From assembly GCA_038087875.1 (NCBI GenBank), contig JAXLNO010001028.1:1-64000 (forward strand): a stretch of DNA of 64,000 nucleotides, written 5' to 3'. Origin of the DNA: Malacoraja senta. Its lineage: Eukaryota. Below the pieces are notes generated by a model that was not told the origin of the DNA, did not search any database, and saw only the letters and a list, made by a program, of their open reading frames with translations. Positions 62,541 to 64,000 of the stretch are shown here, in pieces (the stretch's first letter is position 1; every line of letters starts with the position of its first letter). The translations under genes were made by a program, and so were the position numbers.

Positions 62541-62830
62541 GAAGATAGACACAAAATGCTGGAGTAACTCAGCAGGACAGGCAGCATCTCTAGATAGAAG
62601 GAATGGGTGACGTTTCAGGTCGAGACCCATTTTCAGACTGCAGAACTCTCGTTGGAGAGAGGAGGAGAACTTCTTCAAAGTAGGCATACCTTGAGGAGAT
62701 TTCTCAGTGGAGAAGCCAAATTGTGTAGGAAGGAACTGCAAATGCTGCCTCACACTGAAGATAGACACAAAATGCTGGAGTAACTTAGCAGGACAAGCAG
62801 CATCTCTAGGTAGAATTGGTGATGTTTCGA
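62541..62830 (-). mobile_element. Tandem dimer of Penelope-end arms with 8-bp TSD
   Basis: GTCATGCT at 62533-62540 and 62831-62838; two same-orientation arms separated by an ~80-bp spacer. Confidence 0.65.
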
Positions 62831-62859
62831 GTCATGCTCTTTGGCATGAGGAATCAAGT

Positions 62860-63610
62860 CAGCTTGCCCCAATCAGTATCAATGGTGCCAAAGTAGAAAT
62901 GATTGAGAGCTTCAAATTCTTTGGTGTAAATATTACCAACGAACCTTGATGGACCAACCACATTGAAGGGACAGCCAAGAAGGCACACCAATGCCTCCAT
63001 TTCCTCAGACGACTGAGGAAATTTGGTATGTGTCCAATGACTCGTACCAACTTCCATAGATGCACCATAGAAAGCATACTATCAGATTATATCACAGCTT
63101 GTTTTCAGAATAGCTTTGCCCAAGACCACAAGATATTGCAGAGAGGTGTGGATGTAGCACAGTCCATCACACAGACCAGACTGCCCATCATTGTCTCCAT
63201 TTACACTTCCTGCCTCTTCAGGAAGACAGCCAACATAGTCAAAGACCTTTCTCACACTAGTGATTCCTTTTTTCTCCACTTCCATCAGGCAGAAGATGCA
63301 GAGCTTAAAGGTGTAGAGCACCAGACACAGGAACAGCTTCTTCTCCTCGGTTATCAGGCTTTTGAATGTTCCATGTGCTAGGACCCATTCCCAATTCTCC
63401 TTTACCTCAATATGGCCATTGGATTTTGTCTCTGGAACTGTTGTACAATAATGTTGAGAGCTATATTCTTCACCCTGTATCTTATCCTTCAGTCTGCCTA
63501 TTGTACTTGCGTTTGGCTTGATAGTATTTATGTATACAACAGCAAACACAATGCTTTTCACCGTACCTTGGTACACATCACAATACCAAACCTAAAGCTA
63601 AATCTTAAAT
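62860..63610 (+). mobile_element. Rex1/Babar-like LINE 3' end
   Basis: VEMIESFKFFGVNIT...WTNHI...AKKAHQCLHFLRRLRKFGM...FHRCTIESILS. Confidence 0.75.
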
Positions 63611-64000
63611 GGTGGATTATTGTCTAAATGGAGAGAGACTGTAACTGAGTGAAGTTCAGATGGGATCTTGGTATTCAAGTGCATGCATCAAATTAAGTTA
63701 GTAGCAGGCCCAGTAACCAATGGAAAAAATGCAGTCTTTACTGCAAAGGAGATGGAATTTAAGAACAGGGAAGTTATATTGGAATTATGCAGGATGATAG
63801 TGAGTCAATAACTGGAAAACCGCACACAGTTTAACATTAAAAAGGGTATAGGAGCATTGGATGCAGACCAGGTGAAATTCACCAAACTAAGTCAAGAGAT
63901 GAAAAGGTTGTCCCATCAAGAGCGGTAAACACTTTAGGTCTGCATTCCTTGGAGTGTAGAAAGTGATGAGTGACCTTATTCACACATGCAATATCTTAAG

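Overview
Eukaryotic, repeat-dense vertebrate DNA, most likely a cartilaginous fish (HE1-like tRNA-derived SINEs, shark-type CR1 LINEs). There are no prokaryotic features, and most ORFs in the track are transposon remnants or noise. Two spliced host genes were reconstructed by hand. (1) A minus-strand SUN1/SUN2-family nuclear-envelope gene (7 exons, 12748->1872) is disabled by an in-frame TAA in the SUN domain and a TSD-flanked insertion in a decayed exon. (2) A plus-strand divergent, non-classical MHC class I heavy-chain gene (leader 28378, a1 36553, a2 38569, a3 40047, TM/cyt 43500-43726) has one visible coding lesion, an 8-bp frameshifting duplication in a1. Mobile DNA includes a complete hAT (TIRs plus 8-bp TSD) nested in a CR1, a two-gene Harbinger with a six-exon Myb/MADF partner gene, a Tc1, L1/Tx1, CR1, Rex/Babar, Penelope fragments, Harbinger-type MITEs and a probable non-autonomous Helitron. 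The most unusual signal is a very abundant short fold-back element derived from the Penelope 3' end. It carries a minimal hammerhead-ribozyme motif (CUGANGA-stem II-GAAAC-GUC) and inserts with 8-13 bp TSDs. Near-intact copies lie in the sense orientation inside introns of both host genes.
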